Positions 1 to 12,048 of a stretch of 64,000 nucleotides of DNA are shown here, in pieces (within the stretch, counting starts at the first letter, position 1; every line of letters begins with the position of its first letter). Below the pieces are notes generated by a model. The model was not told where the DNA came from, searched no databases, and was given only the letters and a program-made list of their open reading frames with translations. The position numbers and the translations under genes are program-made. This DNA is from Tubulanus polymorphus (lineage: Eukaryota > Animalia > Nemertea), in the NCBI RefSeq assembly GCF_964204645.1, contig NC_134029.1, positions 16,114,950 to 16,178,949 of the forward strand. Direction: 5' to 3'.

Positions 1-3000
1 CAAATATTCTGTTACCAATGAACTTAGGATATGATTGTAAATGCCTTATCCTTTTACCATTACTAACTAACTCAATATCATTTCTATTTCTAATATTTTC
101 ACAAGTCTTACCATAGAATGCATTGTTCATTAACTTGAAGAAATCTTTCTCGAAATCAGTTTTAGCTTCAGTTCCCTGTTTGGTGTTAAAATCTATATAT
201 TTTTCTAAATTCACTTAGATTGACTGAATGAAATATATCTATGTACTTTTTTTAGAACCATTCCTTGTTTTAGATAAAACTTTAACATTCTATAATGTAC
301 TACATAATTATATTTATCTTCTTGAGTTACCATTAACTTTTCAGTATGAATATGATTTTCGGGTTTAATTCTTTTTTGGTAATTTGATAATTCTTCATGA
401 GTTACGGTTTTATGTCCGGGACAGTAAGCTAGATTTCTAGATTTAAATTTTTTATCTTCAGGATATTCTAAGTCTACAACAAAAAAGTAACCAGTCTCTG
501 AATCATCTGCAATATCTAGAATTCTTTTCTTCCAATCAAATTTATCATTATTTTCATTCTGTAAAACTTCAGTTAATTCAAATACTCCTTAAGGTTGTGG
601 TTCCATCATTGCCCAACCATACAAATTATTTGCATCTATATATAATAACTTATATCCGGGGTTATCATTTACATTGAAATATCTATCACCTAATACACCT
701 GAAACTCCTCCTCTTATAGATTTTTCAAATAATAGTAATTGATCTATATTTGTTAACAAATCCATTTTTATATCTGTAAATTTTAATCCACAATCCCATG
801 TTAAACCTGGTGATGAATAACAATGACAAGGATCAATGTTAAAATATTTTAGGTTTACATCTCTAAACCTTTCGAATATATCGGTTAATAATAATACATC
901 TGATTTTAAATATATATCTACTAATTGCCCATGATTTTCTATTTTGAAATGATTCCAAATATTCAATGTTCTATTATATACTTCATCTTTAACATATTCA
1001 TTTTTTAATTCATCATAAAATTGTTCTGTTAATAATTCAGTTATGTTAAAATCATTATGATTTTTATAGAAAGAATATGGAATTGCTCCTTTATATCTCA
1101 TTAATTGGAAATCATCATTATTTGGGTAGTGTTGTTTTAATATTTTCAATTCATCATCAACTAATGATTTTGGTAAGTTATCTAATGAACTATTTAAAAA
1201 TCTATATGAATCTATAAATCTTAAACACCTAAATTGGAATGATATATAATTCTCAGATGTTTTAGCTAACATTCTAAATTTATAAGTTGGTATTTTATCT
1301 TTTGATCTATTTGAATTTAATATTTCTATTTCATTATTAATTTCTTCTATTTTATGACATAACTGTTTGATGAATAAATGTGCATCATATCCTGATAGAT
1401 TATGAAATATAACTGGTACAAAATTAATTTTCTTAGCTTGTAAGTTACAATTCTCATGTGCAGCGCCTCTAAACTTTCCGTTCAAATGATCATGGTCTCT
1501 TACTTTTTTATCTTTATAATTAAATATCTTTTCACAATAATAACATTTATCTGCAAACGCAAATTCTTCTTTATCTTCTTCTGTCATTATAATATCTATA
1601 TTTGTATTCAATAATTTACTAAATCTTATTTCATATTCAATTAATAAGTCACAAAAATGATTGATAACATTTTCATTTCTATAATCATAATATTCACTTT
1701 CAATTAGTTCTGGATAATCAGATTTAATATATAACCCGAAAGCTGCAGCTGATTGATGAATCTTTTTAATAGTATTTGTTTTTGGTGGTTCTTCAGAATA
1801 ATCATTTTCATTAGAATTTAATTTCTTTCTCTTATAATATATTTCTTTTCTATCTTGATCAGTTAGTTCTTTATTTAATGATTCAAAATCTCCATATATA
1901 ACAAATGGTACTTTATTTTTGTAATCATATTAGGAAATTCTAATATTTTATCCTTTTCATTTGGTAAAACTAATTTACAATAATCATGATTTTCACATAA
2001 TTGTTTATGAATTAATAATGTACTTTCATTACTGAATCTATGTAAACATTTTCTACATAGATATATTTTATTATGGTGATCACTTTCTGTTCTAAAGAAT
2101 AAATCTATTTGTTTAATCCACATATAATGATTCTCATAATATAATATATCTATAACATCGTTTGAATCATAATCTTTTGATAGATATAAAGGTTCTAATG
2201 TATAATGTTTTATATTGTTACCTTTTGTATTTGGTAATTTGATTAAATCAAATACATTTATTCTTAAATTATTATCTCTTTCTATCTTTGGGATGTTTTT
2301 AATTATAACAGGATACTTATCTATCTTATAATTATTTTCAAATGGTTTATAATTTGTTAATCTAAAACTATGTGTAATATCTTCTGTTGGATGTAAACAA
2401 CTTATAATTGTCCATAGAAAACATTTATCATCTTCATTTTGTACATTTATAACAGCATTAGTTTTAAATGGTAGTTTAATATAACTCGATGCTTCAATAT
2501 CTGGTTCTTTATAATATGATACATTATTTTCATCTATTGGTTTTGATTTAGTTAACTTATTATATTTTGTGTTATACACATGTAAAGTCATAAATATTAT
2601 TTCATCGAATATTAAACCTGATCCTTCAAAATATTTTTCTTCTATTTTAGTTTTTACTTCATTATAACATTTATCTAATTTATCATCTATATGTTGTTTA
2701 TATATAATATGTTGTGAATGAGAATATATTATATATTGGTTTATCTTCAGATTTTATAAACTTTACTTTAGAAGATATACTTATTTTAGGGTATTCAACA
2801 TCAGTAATTATTTTTATTATTTCTTTCATATTTTCTAAATGTTTTTTATTTTCTTCTAATGTTTTTCCTTTATGAAATTTAAACTCAATAGCTGCTGGGC
2901 CAATATCACTTTTAAATGCTTCGGTTATCTCTATATCTTTTTTATTATCTAATGAATTAATATAATTTCTTACATCTTCCATGTATGGTCTTTTATTGTT

Positions 3001-3339
3001 TAATTTATTTTTTATGCTTTTAATTGTCTTCTGTTTCTTATCATTATCTTTATCAAAATAATCTTCACCTAAAATATCATTATTCTTATTTCTAATATGA
3101 CTTTTAGATTTTAAATGTTCTTTATAATATCTTTTATCACTGAATGATTGATTACATGTATCACATTTGTATGTTTCTTTTTCATTCTTTAATTCATCTA
3201 ATTTAGTTTCTAATATATCATCTTTATATTCTAGTTTCAATTTATTCTCTAAATGTGTTTTAGTTTTATTGTGTCTTGCTTTTTGGGATTTATCTATATT
3301 GATATTACATGTTGGACAGTAGTACTTATTTGCTTCCAT
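1..3339 (-). pseudogene. Polinton/Maverick-type protein-primed family B DNA polymerase with N-terminal C2H2 zinc fingers and an endonuclease VII-like insert; frameshifted, runs off the window start
   Basis: ORFs 2698-3339, 1875-2591 and 589-1611 read as one protein: CxxC..H..H fingers, SSYIKLP/INVQNEDDKCFLW, RDHDHLNGKFRGAAHENCNL, Exo II HNLSGYDAH, Exo III YLKSDVLLL, DPCHCYSSPGLTWD, motif A YIDANNLYGWAM. After the stop at 589 the sequence continues to motif B (FKLMNNAFYGK near 110-140). Very AT-rich. Confidence 0.9.
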
Positions 3340-3572
3340 TTTAATATCAAATTTTTTTTTTAAATTGATTTTAGAAGTTCAATGATTTATATCATGCATT
3401 ATTTCAATCACACTTTACTAACACTTTTAATGTTTAAAAATCTAACTCATACAAATATGAATATTGAAATAATGTTGTAAATATATCTATATATCTATTC
3501 TATAAGAGCTTACACTTTTATATTGAATAATCTGTCAATTTAAATGTTATTCATGTATATGATTATTTTAAG

Positions 3573-3760
3573 AGTAATAGGGATAATAGGCTTTCATATC
3601 AAAGGTCTAAGGGGCGAGTGAGTAAAAAAATGAAAATAATAATAATTTACAGTTGAATTAGGAGTGTGCGCGACTAATTCAACTGTAAATTATTATTATT
3701 TTCATTTTTACGAGCTCGACCGTTCGACCTTTGGTATGAAAGCCTATTATCCCTATTACT
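3573..3760. mobile_element. Palindromic MITE (about 188 bp)
   Basis: agtaatagggataataggctttcata at the left end pairs with tatgaaagcctattatccctattact at the right; the inner arms also pair. Confidence 0.85.
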
Positions 3761-3761
3761 T

Positions 3762-5440
3762 TTTGTCATAACTATTCTTTTATTTTTGTTTAATAATTTT
3801 GCAAAATCACTTTCTAATTCAATTATTTTATTACAAAAAACATTAACTACATCTTCACCTCTAAAAGAAATATATTGACTTTCTTATAATTCAGGATAAT
3901 TTGATTTTATGTAAATTCCATAAGCAGCAGCTCTTTGATGAACTTTTTTAATTGTGTTTATAATTGGTGGATCTTGAATTATATCTTCATTTAATTCATT
4001 TCCTTTATCCATTGATTTTAGAAATTGCTTATTGTTATATGTATCTTGATCAGTTAATTCTTTATTCAACGATTCAAAAACCCCATAAATTACAAATGGA
4101 ACAATATTTTTAAATTTATGATTAGTAAATTTCAACTTACAATCTCTTTTTGTTGGCATTATTAATTTACAAAAATCCTTATTATCACATAATTCTTTAT
4201 GTTTTAATAATGTATTCTCAGTCATAAATTTAGATAAACATTTTCTACATAGATAAATTTTATGATGATGATCACTTTCTGTTCTAAAGAATAAATCAAT
4301 TTGTTTTAACCACATATTATGTTCATTTTCATCTTTTTTGTAATATAACAAATCTATAGCATTTTCATCATCATAATATTCTGTTAAATATCAGGGAAGT
4401 GTGATTTCCCTGTAAATATAAAGCTTCTAATGTATAATCTTTAATATTTTCACCTTTTGTCTTTGGTGATTGCATTAATTCAAATACATTTATTTTTAAA
4501 TTATTAACTTTTTCTATTTTAGGAATCATCTTTATAGTTACTGGATATTGATCAATTTTATATAATGTTTCATATTTCCGGTAATCTGTTATTCTACAAA
4601 CATTTTGGGTGTAAGCAACTAATAATTGACCATAGAAAACATTTATTATCTTCATTTTGAACATTTATTACTGCTTTATTACTATTTATTACATTTAAAT
4701 CTAAAAATATAATTTCATTCAATGTTAAACCAGAACCCTCAAAATATCTTTCTTCAATATGACGTTTTAATTCATTAAATATTTTTTTTAACTTCTCTTT
4801 TATTTGTGTTTTTGAAATTATTTCTTCAGAGAGTGTTTGAATATCATAATCCATTTTATCTTCTGACTTTAAAAAACTTACTTTCCCAGAAATACTAATT
4901 TTTGGATATTCAACATCTGTTATCAAATCTAGTATTTTTTCCATTATTTCATTAAATTTACTATAATCTTCTATTGTTGTACCTTTAAAAAATCTAAATA
5001 TAATGGCTGCAGGACCCATTTTACTATGTAATGTTTCTAAAATTTCAATTGTATCTTTTATTTCTAGTGAATCGATATAATTTCTAACATTTTCCATGTA
5101 AGGTTTATTTGAAATCGATTTAGTTTTTGAAGTTGGTTTTTTACTTGTCGAGGTTTATCATCAAAATAATCAGTTCCTAAAACATTATTACTTAAATTTT
5201 GATGGTGTTTTTGTGATTTGATATGTCTTTTATAATTCCTTTTTACTATAAATTCATTACAAACTTCACATTTTATTTCATCCACATTCATATCATCTAA
5301 TCGTTCTTTTCTTTCATTGGAATTTTCAAAATCTATTTCATTTTTTATATGATTTGCGGTTTTTCATGTTTAGATTTATTAGATTTATCGATGTATTTTT
5401 TACAATATGGGCAATAATATTGATTTTTATTAACATTATT
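3762..5440 (-). pseudogene. Second, diverged and 3'-truncated copy of the PolB N-terminal half
   Basis: ORFs 5064-5291, 4594-5097, 4371-4664 and 3884-4351 repeat motifs of copy 1 (ITDVEYPKISIS, FEGSG, AVINVQNEDNKCFLW, KQIDLFFRTESDHH.KIYLCRKCL). No polymerase motifs follow. Confidence 0.85.
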
Positions 5441-6281
5441 GTTTTCTGTCTGGTACTCACTCTCTCCCATTTATTAGGAAAAAAAATTACTTGTGGTGAT
5501 GAGTGGTGTCTCGTACTCTCGTACTCTGATCTGAAAGCCCACTTTTCCAATTACTAAGAGATATACCGGAAAAAAATTAGTTAAAAAAATCAGTGCTGTT
5601 TTTTGTAGCAAAATATCTCCCCTGAGATCAATCATTATTTAAATTTATTGTACACAGATGGTGTCGTATTTTATATTCTAACAAAATTATTCAAACTGTA
5701 CTCTTATTTAATTCACATAAAGTTGGATTTGCCCAAAGTGTTCAATTAGAAGCAAATTTCGAAATGAACTTAAGGGGCATTTCCGAAATGTTGCTGATTG
5801 CACGACAAAACAGCAGTACAATGCAGCGAAAACAGCCCTACAACAGCTCAATATTTGGAAGTCAAACATGCAACTCCAAAACTGGTTCACAAAAACATGG
5901 CTATCAGTAAAAGAAGTAAGTTATTAGGTGAAGTGTTAAATCCGTAGTAAAATTCAGTCTGATCAAGATTGCAGTTTTAATATATTTTGCAATCCGGATT
6001 TCCTTGAATCTTGATTAATTTCAGCCATTCATTTCATTGATGGGCCTAAGTAATTCGGTTTATGCATAAGAAATAATTATCTCTTTCAGAGATGGGTACC
6101 CGCATTCCAAAAAGATCTAAGAACATCACGTATAAGAACAACAAATGGTGTAGAACGACAAAACGAAGCTTTGAAATATCAATACCTGAAAGGCTATAGG
6201 AATTGTTCCGTTAGTGAATTGATCAGAATTATTGTTAATATGTACTTGCCAGATGCATACAAAAAGTAAGCTAAAATTCAG

Positions 6282-7223
6282 TTTTTAGCCCACGTGGGAC
6301 CAGCGGGCTATTGCGTTCACTTTTCGTCCGTCGTTCGTCCGTCCGTCCGTACGGTACTCGAAAAAACGCCTAATGAAATACACCGAATCGGAAAACGCAT
6401 AACGCCTAGAAAATGACCTAATTTCGTAATTGCACCATCTACTGAGACTCACAATCCAACTCATCAACGGAACAGTTTGAAAATACATGTGTTTTACGCT
6501 TCACGAAACGAGACTACTACTCTTATAAACTTCATTATAGGATGATGATAGAATGACCGCCGTGCAAGCAATTAATTACATCACGCCATAGAAGTGTAAA
6601 CTGAAACAGTTTACACTTCTATGATAACGCGAAAACAAACGCCGCGGTTATAAACCGGCTTTCTTGAATTTTGAAACTGGAATTCAAATGGTACAACCTA
6701 CGCTCGTAGGTACAACGCACACAAAGACTGATAAAATAGCCTTTCTCAAAATTATCCTCCAAAACTGTTCACAACCACGCTAATGTGAACCTACCGATCC
6801 AATGAGAGACTAAATAATGTCCAGCCCCTGAACTTCCTTGAACAAAAAATAATAAACTATATGTTCCATATAAAAAATATGATGTCTTTTTAATCATAAT
6901 ACTCTGTCTTAATATGAAATAATAACACAGATAAGCCTGTGTAACCAAAGACAGTAGAAACGAAGATGGAATAGGCGGCGCTCCACGCACTCCGACGTGA
7001 ACTATGTAGCGTTGCGTACATAGTTCACGTAGGGATTTAGGTCAATTTCTTGGATGTTACTATGAATTAGGCGTTATGCGTTTTCCGATTCGGTGTTTTT
7101 CATTAGACGTTTTTCGAATATTATCGATATTTGGTTTATACATGTATCTACCCTAGTTACATCTTTACACCAAAACTGACCCGATCAGAATCAAGTGGGT
7201 GTGGTGTCCCTGGACCCTTAGTT
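6282..7223 (+). mobile_element. Non-autonomous Helentron-associated element (HINE), internally deleted, in MULE intron 2
   Basis: Starts tttttagcccacgtggga, has a (GTCC)n microsatellite, ends caagtggg..ggtgtccctggacccttagtt. Same ends and internal sequence as 52245-54252. Confidence 0.75.
6352..7122. mobile_element. TIR MITE nested in the HINE
   Basis: About 50-bp inverted repeats: cgaaaaaacgcctaatgaaatacaccgaatcggaaaacgcataacgccta and taggcgttatgcgttttccgattcggtgtttttcattagacgtttttcg. Confidence 0.8.
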
Positions 7224-8140
7224 TTACATCATTCTTCTGATGTGAGAAAAATGATTATGAATACATATATTCCTTACATAACTTACTTTTACCAAATTTC
7301 TTTTTCAGGTACATTCAACTCAACGTTTTCTCATCTAGTAGTTACTCGAAATATACCAGCAATATCCCATCATTTCTAGTCGATAGACCAAAGTATTTTG
7401 TTGAACATTTAACTCAAAGAATGCAACATCAATTTCAATCGGCAGATATAGAACAGGTAAACGAACTTGAATTCCACGTAACAAGCGGCAAGAAGATATA
7501 TACAGTGTTCTTCGGTAGCGAACATAGAATGCCATATTGTACGTGTAAAGACTGGAACTTGAATTATCTTCCTTGTAAGCACATGTGTGCTATTTTTCAA
7601 TATGTAGAAGGTTATTCATGGAAAAGACTTTGTAATATGTATCGCAGTTATCCAGTATTCCATCTAGATGAAACTATAGTGATTGATGTAAAGAATAAGC
7701 TGTACTCGGATAATAGTGATGTCAAGGCCAACGACGATGATGATGAGGTTGCAGCTATCACTCCACCGGAACCACCTGAGGGTTTAGAAACCAATATTTT
7801 ATATGAAGAACTACCATCTAGAAATAAAAGGTCGATATTGAGCCTCGTGAACACATGCGTTAGCAAGCTGAAAACTGTTATTAATAAGGTGTATCTGATT
7901 ATAGAATCTGATACATTAACGAAACTAGATGGAAATTTGACTGACATGATCAAAGAATTGGATGAAAAACTTCCCAAAGATGGTCCATTATGTTTAGCTC
8001 AACAAGACCTAAAAAAATCACAACAAAAGTGTGCTCCAAAACGTAAGCTCCCAGAACTTTCATCTCTTCATTTACAAAAGAAACCAACATTATCGAAGCG
8101 GTTTGGGAGGCAAGCTGATTTTTTGAAACAGTACATCAAT

Positions 8141-8248
8141 GTTCACATACCAGTTACACCAGATGTTCGTGTACCAGTTACACCAGATGTTCACGTACCA
8201 GTTACACCAGATGTTCACGTACCAGTTACACCAGATGTTCACGTACCA
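8141..8248 (+). repeat. Coding 24-bp minisatellite (VHVPVTPD x4.5)
   Basis: gttcacgtaccagttacaccagat repeated in frame within ORF 7421-8926. Confidence 0.95.
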
Positions 8249-9508
8249 GAAAATGATGTTCAAATTGAAAATATCACATTAACAAAACAAGATGAAACTG
8301 AAATTTTGGAAGGAATGTGGCTAAATGATAAGCACATTCATGCCGCGCAGTTGCTGATGAAGTTAGAGGCACCATTGATAGATGGACTGTATGATCCCAT
8401 CCTTTTAGATAATACTCATGAATTTGACTCACCGGCTGCTGGAGACTGTGTACAAATTCATCATTCATCACACCATTGGGTTGTGTCGTCATGTCTCGGA
8501 GGAAAAATAAAAGTCTATGATTCAATGTCGCCCAAAGTATGTACACCTCTTAAACATCAACTTGCGTTGCTTCATAAAAAATATGCAATCGGAGAAGATG
8601 GCATTATAAAATATGATGTCTTTACAGCACAGAAGCAGATTGCTGGATCGGACTGCGGCCTTTTCAGTGTTGCTAATGCTATTAGTCTGATGCTAGGGTA
8701 TGATCCTGTATATATCAGCTTTTATCAAAATCAGATGAGAAAACATTTTCATAGATGCTTAGAAAATCGCCATACGTATTACCATGTTTCCTTATGCAAG
8801 AAGATTAAGAAAACCAGACTTAATGGCCAAGACATTTGTTATTTCTCGATATTGTATTTGCCATACGTACATTCCAGGTTCTATAATGATAGAATGCTGC
8901 AACTGCAAAACATGGTTACATTATAAATGTGCAAAGTTGTCAGCTAATGATGTTGCACATATGGCAACTGATGATGAGTATCTAAGTTCTACTTGCAAAA
9001 GCAAAAAAATAGGTTTTATCGTTTTGTGGTTTATACATTGTACATAAAAACTCATTCTAACAAAACGGTCTATGCAGTGAATGAATAATTACCCGGTATA
9101 TACGGTTATATAAATGTATAAATGTATTGGGTGTATGGAAACTTCTAGACTTACAAATATCATTTTAATTTGTCATGATATCTATCTTAGATAACATCGG
9201 TCAGGATTAAATGTTTCTTTATCATCTTATCTATTCTAGGAATGTTTAAAGTATGTATCAATTGTAAGTACATGTATTATCGATGGTAAGTACATATATT
9301 GGTATATGGTGTGGCCTATGTGTGCACAACTTATTTCAGTATATGCATGTAGCTTGGAGTAATCATTTGAAATGATTACTCTAAGCATGTAGCACTTCTA
9401 TCAACTTAACCACTCTTGATTTCAATATTTATATTTTTCACTGTTTTATATGCACTGTGTCATATCATTTTAATGGAACCACAACACTTCAATATATCTA
9501 CCTAGTTA

Positions 9509-9931
9509 CAGTGGAACATCGTTTTAACAAACTGATATTGCGATTTTGGATATTAGAATTTCATGCCAAGTAAGGCTAAGAAAAATTGATACCTTGTTTC
9601 TCTGTCCGCTGGGCTTAAAAGTTGACCCGACCGGCCGCCTATCTACCCTGTACATTACTTTTTTTGAAATCGTGATCAATTTTACCATAACAGACCCGGC
9701 AGCTATAAAATTGAACTGATTAAAAATTTTATTGTATTTTACGAAAATGATCCGGCCGCTGCTGAGAAACAAGGTATCATTTTGTTTAGCCCAAGACATT
9801 ATTTACTTAATGTACCTCCATACTGAATATATATGACGAAGTATAATTAATACTGCATTATAATGAACTAGACCAATTATTAAGAACAGATTTTCTGGTC
9901 CTCTGAAGTTTGTTGTAAAAAGGTTCCACTG
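9509..9931. mobile_element. Tc1/mariner-Tigger-like MITE with TA TSD, containing a second MITE at about 9571-9792
   Basis: TA|CAGTGGAAC..GTTCCACTG|TA. The inner element has ggctaagaaaaattgataccttgtttctc / gagaaacaaggtatcattttgtttagcc inverted ends. Confidence 0.8.
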
Positions 9932-10702
9932 TACTCACTTTATTTGAATGACTTGATGATTACAGCAATTTGGTTCGATTGAAATTGGAGGTGGGTGCAG
10001 GTTGCCCCTACAAGGATGGTCAGAATGCATAATTTGTAAGCTTGCAATGAAATAATCAGCTGTAGCCTATGCTTTAATTTGTATTCAATATATACGATGT
10101 AACATTTGTATCGGTGGATGATCATGTATTTTTGCTTGGTAGCACAAAGAATGGGGGCAAGAAAAGCATTGCTGTTTTTCAATTCAAGTGATTGTCTGAA
10201 ATAAAGGATTTAAATTGAAGAAACTATTATTGTGCTTTTCTTCCGGATTTTTTTCTCTATCCTCGTATAACGGACCAAACTTCAGTGCAGGAAAGCCAGT
10301 AATCTCTCCCATAACTCCAATGATAAACAACAAGAAGGACATCGCTTTCTCATTTGTTTAAAATAGGAGCCGTGCAACCCGTCAAAAAGTCGTCTGCACC
10401 AGTCCATACGTTTGTTGTCAAAATATATTGTCTCTATATATTTATTGCGCACACCTATTATACACTGTGTTTCATCAACCAGTTGATGTTGACAGATATC
10501 GGAAGAAGAAGAAGAAGAATATCCCCCTAGCACGTGTATTTGTTTACAATAATATCTCGGAAGCGAGAAATACGTGTTGTAACCTGCGCAGATACATGCG
10601 CAATGTGAGGTGACTTTTCAGTCCTGGATATACCGTCAACCGTTAAACCTGTCCTATTCTGACTGCGAATGCAGGGACAGGCGACCAGTCTAGTGCTCCA
10701 TT

Positions 10703-10954
10703 ATGAGTTCATCAAAAAATGAATCGCTTGTACATATATCATTCCTGGATAGTATATGTGATATAGATAAGCCTAACAATTATCAGTCAGGTATTAAAGA
10801 ACTTCTGTGTATATTGCAGCTCTCGCATATTTTGGATAACTTTAGAGGAAATATTAACCTGGTAAAAGTGTCATTACAAAATCATTTTATAGCCTATTGG
10901 AAATCCGAAATTAACGACATTAATCACAGCAGTATCAATGTATTAAATAATTAA
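10703..10954 (+). pseudogene. Possible non-LTR retrotransposon ORF2 C-terminal fragment
   Basis: GIKELL..L.LSHI..N...VKVSLQNHFIAYWKSEIND resembles LINE post-RT regions; no catalytic motif. Confidence 0.35.
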
Positions 10955-11545
10955 TTAAACAGTAGTGTCATATTAATACGACTCGTAGAAATGTCAACAT
11001 TATGAGTTTTCCGGTTTGCTCGGCTACCCGTACTGGCGGGGTAGTCTAGATAGGCAAATGAAAGCTCCGGTTTGCTGAACTACCGGGGATGCGGTATGAT
11101 GTTTGATCTGACAGTTTCAAGTGGTTAATGGGTGTTTCAAGTGCTTACAACGATGCTTATTACTTAATGTGGTACATGGTGGTTTAAAAAAAGATTTCAT
11201 AATGATACGCTCAAAGTATAGGGCTACCGCGTGGGCTTCGTAGAAAGACCACTGCCTGTGGCCTTCCCAAATTTTAATTGTTCTGTCCGATTTGGTTTCG
11301 TCCAATTGAAAGACTGCCTTTTCCAGTTAGGGCATTTTTGGATCACATCACTCAGGAAATGACTTACGCTTTTGGGCCCTTTCGTCGGTCCCACGTGTTT
11401 TATTTGAGCTATAGACCACATGGTGACACCATGATGGTCAGAAACTGACCAATTGAGATATTCCCGAGTCTGAACACCTGACTGCGAATTTCGGAAATTT
11501 ATCAAGTCATGTTTGTTTTCAAACTACCGAGGTATCATCATTGCA

Positions 11546-12048
11546 AATTCATAAATTGACCATCACTGACCACCACTGACCAATTCAAACTTCTCGAATA
11601 TGAGTTCGATATACCGCGTTATGGTGTCAAACTAGAAAGGATTCGCCATAGATATTGAGAATTCATAAATTGACCATCACTGACCACCACTGACCAATTC
11701 AAACTTCTCGAATATGAGAACGATATACCGCGTTATGGTGTCAAACTAGAAAGGATTCGCCATAAATATTGAGAATTCATAAATTGACCATCACTGACCA
11801 CCACTGACCAATTCAAACTTCTCGAATATGAGAACGATATACCGCGTTATGGTGTCAAACTAGAAAGGATTCGCCATTGAAAATTCATAAATTGACCATC
11901 ACTGACCACCACTGACCAATTGAAACTTCTCGAATGTAAGAAAGATATACCGGTACCGCATTTGGTGTGAAACTAGAAAGCATTCCCCATTAGAATTCAT
12001 AAATTGACCATCACTGACCACCACTGCCCAAGTGAAACTTCTCGAATA
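11546..12048. repeat. Tandem repeat, about 114-bp unit, 4.5 copies
   Basis: aattcataaattgaccatcactgaccaccactgacc recurs at 11546, 11660, 11774, 11882 and 11994. Confidence 0.95.

Larger units (their letters stand above)
5723..9047 (+). pseudogene. Spliced Mutator (MULE) transposase C-terminal part fused to SWIM finger, Ulp1/C48 SUMO protease and PHD finger; 5'-truncated, one frameshift near 8780
   Basis: Exons 5723-5915, 6090-6265 and 7309 onward join in frame through GT-AG introns: NWFTKTWLSVKE|RWVPAF..RTTNGVERQNEALK (MULE catalytic Glu motif). Then SWIM CTCKDWNLNYLPCKH, Ulp1 WLNDKHI/HHWV/VYDS/QIAGSDCGLF, and a PHD (YCIC..MIECCNCKTWLHYKC) in ORF 8784-9047. Confidence 0.85.

Noticed and set aside
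9934-10560. Possible minus-strand exons (donor GTGAGT near 9938)
   Set aside because: No recognisable protein or consistent frame; cannot be supported without transcripts.
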